Numbered from the stretch's first letter, positions 10,913 through 21,434 are shown. The stretch: 64,000 bases of DNA from Nitrosopumilus sp. (GCA_965249555.1 OZ252243.1:800001-864000); one strand, 5' to 3'. Numbers and translations are program-made. Notes: generated by a model from the sequence alone, not told the origin.

Positions 10913-11167
10913 ATGCCAGTGGATATTCGTCAAGACATCAATGATTTGGAAAATGATATTTTACAAGTAGAGGATAACATTGTAGAATTTTTGGGATTAA
11001 AGTATGATGAAGGAATTAAAAGATCACTTCATAAACTAGAATCGGATCTAAAATATCTCAGCATTCTTGCAAATGGCGCCCCAATTGATAAAAATGAAGA
11101 CATGAAGATTATGAATTTTTTGAGAACTCACTATAACTATCTGCGAAAATTATCGGTTCCTGCTTAG
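10913..11167 (+). CDS. hypothetical protein
   Basis: 84 aa helical ORF. Confidence 0.7.
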   Translation: MPVDIRQDINDLENDILQVEDNIVEFLGLKYDEGIKRSLHKLESDLKYLSILANGAPIDKNEDMKIMNFLRTHYNYLRKLSVPA

Positions 11168-11233
11168 TTCGTTAAACAATTATTCAGTTTTTTTATAGTT
11201 AAGCTTATCTAAAATGCATTTCTTGTAATGTAA

Positions 11234-11656
11234 ATGGACAAATCTTCTCACCAATCAAAAGACCTCTTTGGCGTATCTAAAAAAAATATTGACAGGTTTT
11301 TTAGTGAAGTTGAAAAGTCTTCTCCCAAATATCATCAATCAGTAGCAAAACTTCAGCAAGACTACATAGATGCATGGAAAACTGTGATTAATTCAGCTAT
11401 TTCTTTGGAACAAGAATATGCAGTCAAGGCAGGTTACAAGACAGATGTTCCTGAATCTGTTCTAAAAACAATTCGTGACATTACTGATTTCTCTCTTCAA
11501 GCATATGCCCATCAAAATAAAATCACCACAGATACAACAGAGGCAACAAAACAGGCGTTTAAGACATTTAATCAAAATACAAAATCGTTTGCAACTCTAA
11601 ACAAAGAGATCATGGGATACATCATGTCGGTATTTGAACAGAAAGTAAATACATAA
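11234..11656 (+). CDS. hypothetical amphipathic helical protein (possibly phasin-like)
   Basis: 140 aa all-helical composition; the phasin resemblance is inference only. Confidence 0.6.
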   Translation: MDKSSHQSKDLFGVSKKNIDRFFSEVEKSSPKYHQSVAKLQQDYIDAWKTVINSAISLEQEYAVKAGYKTDVPESVLKTIRDITDFSLQAYAHQNKITTDTTEATKQAFKTFNQNTKSFATLNKEIMGYIMSVFEQKVNT

Positions 11657-11706
11657 TCTATTTTTAATGAATCTAGATCAAAAAATAGGAAAAACTATTT
11701 TAGAAC

Positions 11707-12033
11707 TTATGCAAGTGCTCTATCAATCATACTTTTGTATGATTCTTTAGAAGCAGCGCCTACTTGTTGGCTAACTATTTCACCTTTGTTAAGGATGATC
11801 AAAGTTGGAATACTAAAGACATTGTATTTTGATGCCAATTCATTGGCCTCATCAACATTAACCTTGACAAATTTTACTTTGCCATCATAGTCATTTGCCA
11901 ATTCTTCAACTACTGGACTTACCATTCTACATGGACCACACCATTCAGCCCAAAAGTCTACAAATACAGGAATGTCAGAATTTATCACGTCGACTTCCCA
12001 AGACTTTGCATCTGAAACTTGTGTAACTGCCAT
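11707..12033 (-). CDS. trxA: thioredoxin
   Basis: WCGPC active site. Confidence 0.97.
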   Translation of the reverse strand: MAVTQVSDAKSWEVDVINSDIPVFVDFWAEWCGPCRMVSPVVEELANDYDGKVKFVKVNVDEANELASKYNVFSIPTLIILNKGEIVSQQVGAASKESYKSMIDRALA

Positions 12034-12148
12034 TGTACTGATACTTTATTGACCGTACCTAAAAACGTTCACCAGAATTAACACCATATTTTTTGTTGGA
12101 AAATTAATTTTGGTATATATTTAAATGACGTTTTAATAAAATTCAGAC

Positions 12149-12883
12149 ATGAGTTCAGAGCTTAGACTTAAAAAATTAAGAGGTTCCGGAGGATATGTTA
12201 TGGCTACAGTTACTGATGAACAACAGATGAAAGGAAATCTAGGAGGTCCTGATCTGTTTTTAGCGCCAATAGGCAGATTAGATGTAGCAAAAATCACTAA
12301 ATATTTTTGCAATACCTGTGAAAAAGAATTTGAAGGTCCTCCAAAAATAGAATTTGAGAATCCCAATGAAGAAGTTGCAGAGAATCTAGTTCTTGCAGAA
12401 AAAGGACAGTACATATGCAATTCATGTAATGCCTCAATTGCAGAATACAGAGAATTCAAAAAACAAGACGAAGCAGGAGAAATTGGTAGCGCAAAACCAA
12501 TAGTTGAAAATACACCACCACAAGTTGAAAGTGCACCACAAGTTGTAGAACCTGCAGCACAAACTCCACAGGAAACAGTTACACAACCAGGTCCAGTAAC
12601 TTCGGTCAGTTCAATTGAAGGAAGAACAGTATATGATGAAAATGCTAACAAGATCGGAGTTGCAAAACAAGTAGGTATTGATTCTACACAATCAATGGTT
12701 CTAGTATTAACTAAAAATGACGGTACAGAAGGTAGCATTCCATGGAATGGTATCAAAAAGATTGGGGAAGTGATTCTTTTAGGAAACCCAGAATCTGTCA
12801 CTCAGCCAGGAAAATGCTCTAATTGTGGATTTGGAAATAAAGAGGGTTCAAAATTCTGTGAAGAGTGTGGGACCCAGCTCTAA
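12149..12883 (+). CDS. zinc-ribbon / PRC-barrel domain protein
   Basis: CxxC pairs and a PRC-barrel-like segment (IEGRTVYDENANKIGVAK). Confidence 0.75.
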   Translation: MSSELRLKKLRGSGGYVMATVTDEQQMKGNLGGPDLFLAPIGRLDVAKITKYFCNTCEKEFEGPPKIEFENPNEEVAENLVLAEKGQYICNSCNASIAEYREFKKQDEAGEIGSAKPIVENTPPQVESAPQVVEPAAQTPQETVTQPGPVTSVSSIEGRTVYDENANKIGVAKQVGIDSTQSMVLVLTKNDGTEGSIPWNGIKKIGEVILLGNPESVTQPGKCSNCGFGNKEGSKFCEECGTQL

Positions 12884-12924
12884 TAGCTAACAAATTTAAT
12901 CAATGAAAATAGGTGATGATATAA

Positions 12925-13650
12925 TTGGTAAAATCGATCTCAAAAGGAGTTATCAAAGATATCGTTATCGTTGGTGTAGGAGTTTTAGTAATTTGGATAG
13001 GTCTACAAGTAGCATTTGGAACACAAAATCCATTTTATGTAGTTGCAAGTGGAAGTATGATTCCAGAATTAGAAGTATATGATGTCTTGATAGTTCAAGG
13101 ACATGAGCCTTTTGAAGATATTGAGACAGGGGACATTATTGTGTTTAATCGGCCATCAGACCATAACAGAGTAATTGTACATAGAGTAGTATCAATAATT
13201 AGTGATGATCCAAAAGAGATTAGAACAAAAGGAGATGCAAATCCAGCATCAATTCCTGGAACTGACTTTCCAATTACTGAAGAGGAATACATAGGAAAAG
13301 TAGTGTACACGCTTCCACAAGTAGGATATGTTACGCAGTTACTAAAACCACCAATCAACTACATCATAATTGCAGTTGTAATTGGAGTAATGATTGTAAA
13401 ACAGATTACAAAGAAGAAGAGAGAAGAAGAGACTATACTCTCAGATCCATTAGATTCAGAAAATCCAGATACAGTTGAAGAATTATCAGACATTGATAAA
13501 ATAGAAAAAGATTCTGAATATTCTGAACATGTAGAAAAATCAGAGGTTACAGAAGAGGAAAAAGTCGAGTCTGATGAAGAATCTAAATTAGATTCGGATG
13601 AAACGCCCAAAAAAGATGATAAAACATCTGAGAAAGACAACAAAGAGTAA
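12925..13650 (+). CDS. signal peptidase I (Sec11 type) with acidic tail
   Basis: VASGSMIP, GDIIVF, IVHRV and TKGDAN motifs. Confidence 0.93.
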   Translation: MVKSISKGVIKDIVIVGVGVLVIWIGLQVAFGTQNPFYVVASGSMIPELEVYDVLIVQGHEPFEDIETGDIIVFNRPSDHNRVIVHRVVSIISDDPKEIRTKGDANPASIPGTDFPITEEEYIGKVVYTLPQVGYVTQLLKPPINYIIIAVVIGVMIVKQITKKKREEETILSDPLDSENPDTVEELSDIDKIEKDSEYSEHVEKSEVTEEEKVESDEESKLDSDETPKKDDKTSEKDNKE

Positions 13651-13871
13651 ATTCAGTTTAATTCAAGCAAACAGGTTCACATTATGCGTAGATGAAAGCA
13701 CTAGATCGTCCTGTTTGCTTGGTGATGTTAATTACGTAAAATTTACTAAAAAAGGATTCGGATAAATTGCTAGTTTCAAGAGTAGAATCATTTATGAACT
13801 ACCTGTAATGTTAATTTTAAAATCTATAGTTTTGTATAGTTTAGTGCGTATTTCATTAAAATCCCAATTAT

Positions 13872-14132
13872 CTAATGAGCACATGCAATTTCAGATAACT
13901 TGCGGATATGACTAGTATCGTTTTTTGCTGCCAAGTTTAGTGCTTCTTGCATTTTATTTTTGATTTCATCAAAGTCTTTTTGTTCCTCTTTGATTACCTC
14001 GCATTCTGCGACAATTGGCAAGTCTCTAAAGTTCTGAAACTGCACATATGTCACAACACAGGTATAGTATTTTTTGTCTTCCTTGAATTTGTACCTAACT
14101 TTAACTGGCATACCATTTTCAATGTAATTCAA
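13872..14132 (-). CDS. hypothetical protein
   Basis: 86 aa ORF. Confidence 0.6.
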   Translation of the reverse strand: MNYIENGMPVKVRYKFKEDKKYYTCVVTYVQFQNFRDLPIVAECEVIKEEQKDFDEIKNKMQEALNLAAKNDTSHIRKLSEIACAH

Positions 14133-14259
14133 TTATGAGATTAAATACTGTTAGTTAGAAAAATAAATAACATCCTTATGATCGCTATGCTGTTTTTAAT
14201 AATTTGATCTCACCAAATTGTATTACAAATTTAATGACCCATTTCAGAAATTTTAAAAT

Positions 14260-15786
14260 CTATAAAATGGAATCTTTTGTTTGAAATATTCGTTTAAAGT
14301 AATCAGAAGGTTCTGATGGTTCTTCAATATCATTTGTAATACCAGCTAGTTTCTTTGCAAGATTCTTTTTGTAACCAATCTGCATCTGTCTCTGAATCTG
14401 AATTCTTTGTGCTTGTGGGGAACCAGCACCATGCATAGATTCTGTAAGATATCCCACAGAATTTCTACCAAGTGTCATGTTTTCAATTAGTCTAAGAATT
14501 CTCATTCTGTTTTCAACATCAACTCCTTTTCTTCCCACAAGGAATCTTTTCAGTAGTGGACCAGCCACTGGATGTCTAAAGTCCTTTTCAGATGGAAGAG
14601 TCACTACTAATCCACCTGCAATGTCTTGTGCAAGTCTACTAATCTCATATGGGAATCGAGTTACATTGTGTTTGCAAACTTGTGCAAGCATATCCTCATT
14701 AATATATACGCCTGATTTCATCTTGTGTGCTAGGTAAGAGGATGCTATTCCTGCAGCAAAGATTGATTCATTAAGATGAGTCATCTCAACAATTTTGTCT
14801 TTGATGTGAGATACCTTTGGCACTCCATTATAGTCAGCAATCGTTGCTGCAGCACCAATGAGTACGTCACCAAGTCCTGTTTTGCATACATAACTACGTC
14901 TATGATAACAAGTAAAACGCTCAATCAGCATAGATGCAAACTCATATTCCCCATGCATGAAGACTTTGTCCCATGGGATAAACACTCTTTCTAAAATCAT
15001 CAAGGCCTCTTGCCCACCATATTTTGCATTACCATCATCAATGTCACCTTCTTCCATGCTTCTAGTGTCACAAGACTGTCGACCATAGATGTAAGTGACT
15101 CCTTTTGCATCTGCTGGAATTACACCAACAAATGCCCAGTCTTTGTCACTTTCTGTTAGTCTAACTGTTGGCATCAAAATTATCCAATGTGAATTTATAC
15201 AACCAGTTTGGTGTGCTTTTGCACCAGATACATAGATTCCTTTATCATCTGTCTCTACTACTCTAGTAAACATGTCTGGATCATCTTGTTCTGATGGTCC
15301 TTTACTTCTATCACCTTTAGGATCAGTCATTGCGCCACCAATTACAAGATTTTCTTGTTGAACCATTTTTACAAATTCTAAGAATCTTTTATGATAGTCT
15401 GTTCCATGTTTCTCATCTATTTCAAAAGTTACAGAGTGTAAAGAATTCAATGCATCCATTCCAACACATCTCTGGAAACATGTTCCAGTGTTTTGTCCTA
15501 GTGTTCTCTGCATTTTATTTTGTAAAACTAAATCTTGTGCACTTTCTGCAATGTGTAAAAATCTGTTAACTTTCAATCCAGTAATTGATGAATCAGCTGT
15601 AGCCAGAGATTCTTCACGCACTGCAAGATCATAAGTTTCTGCAACTGCGTTAATTGATGGTCTAATCATCGGATGATCTACTGGCTCTTTTACTAGTTCT
15701 CCAAATAGGTAAACTGTAAGATCACGGCCTCGAAGACTTTCAATATAATCATCACCTGTTCTAATTGTCTTTAAGACATTAGCCAT
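14260..15786 (-). CDS. abfD: 4-hydroxybutyryl-CoA dehydratase (3HP/4HB cycle)
   Basis: CFQRC, GAMTDPKGDRS, H-x6-C (YHRRSYVC) and ESMHGAGSPQAQ motifs. Confidence 0.96.
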   Translation of the reverse strand: MANVLKTIRTGDDYIESLRGRDLTVYLFGELVKEPVDHPMIRPSINAVAETYDLAVREESLATADSSITGLKVNRFLHIAESAQDLVLQNKMQRTLGQNTGTCFQRCVGMDALNSLHSVTFEIDEKHGTDYHKRFLEFVKMVQQENLVIGGAMTDPKGDRSKGPSEQDDPDMFTRVVETDDKGIYVSGAKAHQTGCINSHWIILMPTVRLTESDKDWAFVGVIPADAKGVTYIYGRQSCDTRSMEEGDIDDGNAKYGGQEALMILERVFIPWDKVFMHGEYEFASMLIERFTCYHRRSYVCKTGLGDVLIGAAATIADYNGVPKVSHIKDKIVEMTHLNESIFAAGIASSYLAHKMKSGVYINEDMLAQVCKHNVTRFPYEISRLAQDIAGGLVVTLPSEKDFRHPVAGPLLKRFLVGRKGVDVENRMRILRLIENMTLGRNSVGYLTESMHGAGSPQAQRIQIQRQMQIGYKKNLAKKLAGITNDIEEPSEPSDYFKRIFQTKDSIL

Positions 15787-15859
15787 GTAACAATATTCGT
15801 CTTTATGATGTATAAATATTCTAGAGAAAAATGAGTGAAAATTTAGGAATGAATTGTTA

Positions 15860-17956
15860 TCAGAGGCCTATTCTGACATCTAGAATGCGACAGCCCTTAC
15901 CCTCCTCCATTACTAGTACAGGGTTCATGTCTAATTCTTTGATCTCTGCAAAGTCAGAAACTAGTTGAGATAGTCTCTGAATGCATTCAGAGAGTTTTGA
16001 TATGTCTGAAGGTTTTTCGCCTCTTACACCAAGGAGTATTTTTTGGGTCTTTATTGATGCTATCATGTCGTCTGCTTCCTTGTCAGTTACAGGTGCTATC
16101 TTGAATGTAACATCCTTGAGAACTTCGACATAGATTCCTCCCATTCCAAGCATGATTACTGGACCAAATCCAGGCTCGAGTTTTGAGCCAATGATTAGTT
16201 CTTTTCCACCTTTTACCATCTCTACAATCAAGACACCTTTAATCTCAGCTTTCTTGTTGTAGTTTTTGGCATTTTTGATAATTGTTTTGTATGCATCTTT
16301 GATCTCAGAATCATTTGTCAAGTTTACTTTAACACCACCAGCATCAGACTTGTGAACAATCTGAGGTGATGCAATCTTCATTACAACTGGATAACCAATC
16401 TTCTTGGCAATTTTTACTGCTTCAGTTTCTGTTGCAGCAAGTGCACTTGAAGGTAGCGGCAATCCATATGCTTTAAGAACTTCTTGTCCTTCTTCTTCTA
16501 GAAGATTTGGTCGTTTCTCTTTTTTTACCTTGTCAAAGATTTTTTGTGCTTTTGCTTTGTTTACTTTGAATTTAGTGATTTTCCCAGTAGGAGATTTTAT
16601 CCAGTTAGAAAATCTAGTCATTGCTGCAAGAGTTCTGATTGCACCTTCTGCATATGTATAATATGGAACATTTCCAGCAGCTAAAATTTCTCTATTGGTA
16701 ATTCCTTCATCTAATCCCATCAAACTTGCAAGCATTGTCTTTTTGTATTTCTTTGACATTTCAACAATAACTTCTGCAAGTTTATCATAATCTAGAGTTC
16801 CAGAAGGAGTACACATTGTAATTACAGAGCCAACTTTTGGATGTTTGAGAACGCGGTCCAAAACATTATCGAATCGGTTAAAATCAGCATCACCAACAAT
16901 GTCAACAGGATTTCGAGAGCTGCCCCAAGGTGGAATTACCTGGTCAATCTTTTTTCTAACACTTGTAATATCTGCCATCTTGATTTTAGCCTTTGAGCAT
17001 GCATCAGTTGAGATGATTGCAGGGCCACCTGCATTTGAAACAATTACAAGATCGCCATCTGATGGTAGTGGTTGTTTTGAAAATGCTGTTGCATAATCAA
17101 AGAGTTCTTCCATGGTATCAACTCTGATTGCACCAGATTGTTTTAGCAAAGCATCATAGATTTCATCTGAGCCCATCAAGGCTCCTGTATGAGACATTGC
17201 AGCTTTTGCGCCTTCAGGGCTACGTCCAGATTTGAGAACAAGAACTGGTTTTTTGAGTTTTTTAGTAATATTTTTACAAACTTTCAGGAATTCTTGACCA
17301 TCACCCATGTCTTCAAGATACATTACAATAACTTCGGTTTGTTTATGATTTGCAAGTGTCTTTAGAACATCAACTTCACTCATTACAGCTTTGTTTCCAA
17401 GACTAACCACTGCAGAGAAACCTATTCCTTGAGCACTAGCGTCTTCGACTAATGCAGCACATATTGCACCACTCTGAGATATGAGTGCAATCTTTCCAGA
17501 TTTTGGTGTAATTTTAAGAAAAGTAGAATTCATCATTGTCTTTGGATCAAGATTCATGACACCAAGACAGTTTGGTCCAATGACTTCTATGTGATATTTT
17601 TTAGCTATATCCTTGATTTCTTGTTCACGTTTTGCACCTTCTTCATCAACTTCTTTGAAACCAGCTGTGATGATAATGACGCCTTTGATTTTTTTCTTGC
17701 CACATTCTTCTAACACTTGTGCAACCAGTGTATTTTTGATAACAATAACTGCAAGATCAATTGGTTTTGGAACATCCAAGACACTCTTGTATGCTTTTTT
17801 GTAAAAGACTGTATCTCTTGAAGGACTAATTGGATAAACAGTTCCTGTAAAACCATTCATAATGTTTGAGGTTATGGTAGCTCCAACACTTCCTCTCTTG
17901 TCAGATGCACCAATTACTGCAATGGATTTTGGTGATAAAAAGACAGATTCTGCCAT
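15860..17956 (-). CDS. ADP-forming acyl-CoA ligase, probably 4-hydroxybutyrate--CoA ligase
   Basis: CoA-binding AVIGAS, GPNCLG, SHTG phospho-His and ATP-grasp HKSDAGGV; adjacent to the dehydratase, as in Nitrosopumilus. Confidence 0.9.
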   Translation of the reverse strand: MAESVFLSPKSIAVIGASDKRGSVGATITSNIMNGFTGTVYPISPSRDTVFYKKAYKSVLDVPKPIDLAVIVIKNTLVAQVLEECGKKKIKGVIIITAGFKEVDEEGAKREQEIKDIAKKYHIEVIGPNCLGVMNLDPKTMMNSTFLKITPKSGKIALISQSGAICAALVEDASAQGIGFSAVVSLGNKAVMSEVDVLKTLANHKQTEVIVMYLEDMGDGQEFLKVCKNITKKLKKPVLVLKSGRSPEGAKAAMSHTGALMGSDEIYDALLKQSGAIRVDTMEELFDYATAFSKQPLPSDGDLVIVSNAGGPAIISTDACSKAKIKMADITSVRKKIDQVIPPWGSSRNPVDIVGDADFNRFDNVLDRVLKHPKVGSVITMCTPSGTLDYDKLAEVIVEMSKKYKKTMLASLMGLDEGITNREILAAGNVPYYTYAEGAIRTLAAMTRFSNWIKSPTGKITKFKVNKAKAQKIFDKVKKEKRPNLLEEEGQEVLKAYGLPLPSSALAATETEAVKIAKKIGYPVVMKIASPQIVHKSDAGGVKVNLTNDSEIKDAYKTIIKNAKNYNKKAEIKGVLIVEMVKGGKELIIGSKLEPGFGPVIMLGMGGIYVEVLKDVTFKIAPVTDKEADDMIASIKTQKILLGVRGEKPSDISKLSECIQRLSQLVSDFAEIKELDMNPVLVMEEGKGCRILDVRIGL

Positions 17957-18018
17957 GTAAGTTGGATCAAAGGATTTTACATAATAAAGTTATTCATATA
18001 AATTTCTGATCTGTGATT

Positions 18019-18105
18019 TTAGCTTCCCAACATTTTTCCTGCTAGATTCTCTTTTCTTGGAATCCATACTATTGAGAGATTAGAAAATTTTCCCATAATG
18101 CCCCA
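18019..18105 (-). pseudogene. RNase HI-like gene, C-terminal fragment
   Basis: Reads WGIMGKFSNLSIVWIPRKENLAGKMLGS*, the WIPRxxN..A C-terminus of archaeal RNase HI. Confidence 0.75.
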
Positions 18106-18353
18106 GCAACTGAGACTGCAGCTCTTTTGGTGGTAATGTTGAGTTGCAACCACAAGAGAATAACACACTATACAGATGGCACAAGAAAAGTAAAGGGACT
18201 AAAGGGAATGCCTATTCTGTTGATTAGGGTTTCACCGTCTTCAAGCAGACTAATATACTTAATCGATCGGGATCAATCAAATTGAATAGGGTAAAAAATT
18301 CGAAAATAAAAAACAAGGATCAGTTTAATATTAATAGTTTATCAAATAATTCA

Positions 18354-19709
18354 ATGACTAGAATGACAGTGCTGGGATTACTAGTCTTAGCTCTAGGAAT
18401 CAGTGCAATACCTGCACTTGCAGAGACAGAAATCTTATCACCATTCAAACAATTCAATTCTGGAATACCAATTAATGAAATTCAATGTAATGATTCTAAA
18501 ATTTTAATGGAATCACCACGAAATACTCCAGCTTGTGTAAATGAAACATCTGTGGATAGATTACTACAAAATGGATTTTATGTTATAGCAATTACTGTTG
18601 ATTCTACAAATATGGATGTAGAAGAACCTGATTCTACAAATATGGATGTAGAAGAACCTGATTCTACAAATATGGATGTAGAAGAACCTGATTCTACAAA
18701 TATGGATGTAGAAGAACCTGATTCTACAAATATGGATGTAGAAGAACCTGATTCTACAAATATGGATGTAGAAGAACCTGATTCTACAAATATGGATGTA
18801 GAAGAACCTGATTCTACAAATATGGATGTAGAAGAACCTGATTCTACAAATATGGATGTAGAAGAACCTGATTCTACAAATATGGATGTAGAAGAACCTG
18901 ATTCTACAAATATGGATGTAGAAGAACCTGATTCTACAAATATGGATGTAGAAGAACCTGATTCTACAAATATGGATGTAGAAGAACCTGATTCTACAAA
19001 TGGAAAATTAACAGTTGATAATGTAAATGATGAGCCACAAATTACAGTTTTGAATGTGTCCTCTCCTGTAGAATTTGTTGATGATGGGCAAGAAGTCAAA
19101 AGAGCAATGTTACAAAAATCCCCTGCACCTCATAATGTTTATGAAAGAATCACTAATGCAATAGAGACTGGACTTACTGCTAATGAAGAAGATGGAATTG
19201 CAAGAATTCCTACACCAGTTCCTCACGAAAAATATTCTAGACATTCAGATGGATTTTATCCTATTGATTGGATGCCAACACATATTCCAGATGGACAAAA
19301 ATTACTGTATAGTGAAACTTTTTGTTATGAAACTGTAGTTGTTTGTAAATTATATCTTGTCTTTGTACCAACCACATTTGTTTTGAATGCTAATGTAACA
19401 AATTTTGATATGGATATATCTAAAGGATTTACTGTGTATGTAGAGTATGAAGCTAGTGGACAAGATGAGATTGAAGATGTAATTGAAATGTTAAGGGAAA
19501 ATTTTGAATCACAAAGTGGTAATTATGCAGAATTTAGAGATATGACTCGAGACGGTAAAACCATTATGGCTATAGAAGGTGGTACTGATTATAATCATTA
19601 TCGTGCCAGTGTAAGTATGAATATAGATGAATACACTGCTTTTGGTGCTAATTCTAACTATCACACTTTGGATGAAATGATTTTAGTTTTTGATAGCTTA
19701 TGGAATTAA
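18354..19709 (+). CDS. secreted/surface protein with (DSTNMDVEEP)x13 repeat
   Basis: Signal peptide and a thaumarchaeal-type SPFKQ...C...PACV domain, followed by a tandem repeat. Confidence 0.8.
   Translation: MTRMTVLGLLVLALGISAIPALAETEILSPFKQFNSGIPINEIQCNDSKILMESPRNTPACVNETSVDRLLQNGFYVIAITVDSTNMDVEEPDSTNMDVEEPDSTNMDVEEPDSTNMDVEEPDSTNMDVEEPDSTNMDVEEPDSTNMDVEEPDSTNMDVEEPDSTNMDVEEPDSTNMDVEEPDSTNMDVEEPDSTNMDVEEPDSTNMDVEEPDSTNGKLTVDNVNDEPQITVLNVSSPVEFVDDGQEVKRAMLQKSPAPHNVYERITNAIETGLTANEEDGIARIPTPVPHEKYSRHSDGFYPIDWMPTHIPDGQKLLYSETFCYETVVVCKLYLVFVPTTFVLNANVTNFDMDISKGFTVYVEYEASGQDEIEDVIEMLRENFESQSGNYAEFRDMTRDGKTIMAIEGGTDYNHYRASVSMNIDEYTAFGANSNYHTLDEMILVFDSLWN
18600..19001 (+). repeat. perfect 30-bp tandem repeat, 13 copies plus a partial copy
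   Basis: GATTCTACAAATATGGATGTAGAAGAACCT repeated without spacers. Confidence 0.98.
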
Positions 19710-19766
19710 AATTTATAACTTTATTTGCCCTGATATTTACTCTAAGTTTATTTGTAATAGAACAAG

Positions 19767-20102
19767 ATGCTTTTGGTATTGCTGGTTGTGATAATCACTC
19801 ATTGTTACTCCCTTGAACAATCAACTAGATCCTACTCTATTGATGGTCTTGAATATCAGTTAGATTCTCCTGATTTATGGGTTGACAGAAATGCTTGTTT
19901 AAATATTTCATCTACAACTGGATGGCTTTCTGATTATGTTAGTGGTGAATGGGTTGAAAGTGGATTGACTAAAGGGGATGTTAGAAATGTTGGATGTGTT
20001 ACTCTATTAAAAACATATTATGCTTATAATTCTGTTTCAGATTTTGGAAATAACTATGTTGAGTATTTAGTTCCAAATGGCATATACTTTCTGATTATTT
20101 GA
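19767..20102 (+). CDS. hypothetical protein (probably a fragment)
   Basis: 111 aa ORF inside the insertion. Confidence 0.4.
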   Translation: MLLVLLVVIITHCYSLEQSTRSYSIDGLEYQLDSPDLWVDRNACLNISSTTGWLSDYVSGEWVESGLTKGDVRNVGCVTLLKTYYAYNSVSDFGNNYVEYLVPNGIYFLII

Positions 20103-20167
20103 AAAGAAAGTAAATCTTGGAACAAATCATAATAATCCTGTAAAATCAAATCATTGAAAACCACGTA

Positions 20168-20353
20168 TTAAATAGTAATTTCATCATTTGAATCAACATA
20201 CCTGTTTAATGCAGAAATTATTGCCAAGTATTCAGCTTGATTGTTAGTTAGCTTGGGTTTTTTTTCATAAAATGATTCTCCTGTCTCTTTTACGAAATAT
20301 CCGTATCCACTATTAGAACCTCCAGAACCGTCAACATAAACACTAATTTTCAT
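20168..20353 (-). pseudogene. RNase HI-like gene, N-terminal fragment
   Basis: YVDGSGG...TNNQAEYLAIISAL; stops at ITI* just before the expected SDS catalytic Asp. Confidence 0.85.
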
Positions 20354-20786
20354 CTTTGTACAACCTCACCAACTTTACATTTAGATTTACTACTATCAAA
20401 AAAATCATTGCGGATATACTTTGTGATATGATTGATGCCAGATATGGGTCATAGTCTAGTGTCAGAAAATAGTACTGTAAAATCCATCTAGCAATGGCAT
20501 AAACAACTTCAGCAAGTCCAAGCGAGGTAACTAATTTTATAAGATCATGTTTTAGTTTAACAATATCTGTATCGCCAGATTCAACACGATATTTTTTTCT
20601 GTTATCAAAATAGTATAACACACCAAAAACTGAAAAGTAAATAGAATAATCTGCAATTATAGTATATGTTGAGTTGAGATAGTCTTCTTGATCAGATAAA
20701 AGTTGGGCAATTGCTGCAGAAATAATTATCGATGTAAAAATTGCAATTAGAATATTTTTGTTAAGTTTAAGATAATCCTGTAACAC
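20343..20786 (-). CDS. membrane protein
   Basis: About 4 TM segments. Confidence 0.7.
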   Translation of the reverse strand: MLQDYLKLNKNILIAIFTSIIISAAIAQLLSDQEDYLNSTYTIIADYSIYFSVFGVLYYFDNRKKYRVESGDTDIVKLKHDLIKLVTSLGLAEVVYAIARWILQYYFLTLDYDPYLASIISQSISAMIFLIVVNLNVKLVRLYKDEN

Positions 20787-20821
20787 AATTTTTGTTATTT
20801 TTTGTTACAATTAAACTAGGG

Positions 20822-21106
20822 TCAATCCAAAGTAATCTTTAGGAATATTATCAATCCGGCAAGTTCTGCAATTCCTACCCCTAGCATATATGGGAATATT
20901 TCATTAGAGAAAAGCATCTCCATTGAGAAATATGCCAAGGCACCGATGACATTATGTAAAAATAACATCACAGTAACTACGATCATACCTAATGGAAGCT
21001 GTGCTCGAGTCTTTCCATACATCTTTCCAAATATACAGATCAGAATTCCAAGTATGCCCATATTTGCAATTGAAACAATAGACAAAACTAGTGAGGTAGG
21101 CTCCAT
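20822..21106 (-). CDS. membrane protein
   Basis: 3 TM segments; paired with the upstream wHTH regulator. Confidence 0.7.
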   Translation of the reverse strand: MEPTSLVLSIVSIANMGILGILICIFGKMYGKTRAQLPLGMIVVTVMLFLHNVIGALAYFSMEMLFSNEIFPYMLGVGIAELAGLIIFLKITLD

Positions 21107-21131
21107 TTAGTGAAAAACACCTCTTGAGCTT

Positions 21132-21434
21132 TTATTTACTTTTATCCAATTTTCTTTCAATTTCTTCAAATGTCTCTATATTTACTTCAAGAAAGGTGGA
21201 AATGAAAAATATAATGCCATATTTTTCTCCAACTTTAGTAATCATGTTATTTTTTTCAAGCACCTTAATGTGATGTTGAATGGCCTTGTAATCCAGGCCT
21301 AACTCTTTTGCTAATTGATTAGTATTAAGCGGATTTTCCTTTAATTTTGAAATAATTTTTAGGCGATTTAATCCTCCTCTAGAAGCTGCAAAAACAAACC
21401 AAAGCAGCCTTTTTGCATCAGGATCATTTGCCAT
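21132..21434 (-). CDS. ArsR-like winged-helix regulator
   Basis: SRGGLNRLKII, NTNQLAKELGLDYKAIQHHIKVL; likely start MANDPDAK. Confidence 0.88.
   Translation of the reverse strand: MANDPDAKRLLWFVFAASRGGLNRLKIISKLKENPLNTNQLAKELGLDYKAIQHHIKVLEKNNMITKVGEKYGIIFFISTFLEVNIETFEEIERKLDKSK

Noticed and set aside
18600-19001. CRISPR array (palindromic TTCTACA/TGTAGAA repeat reminiscent of Cas12a handles)
   Set aside because: There are no spacers, the unit is a multiple of 3 within an open frame, and no cas genes are in the window.
18578-19099. Antisense repeat ORF and other short overlapping ORFs (e.g. 12133-12801, 45406-45921, 41594-41902, 744-965)
   Set aside because: These are shadows of well-supported genes or tRNAs.
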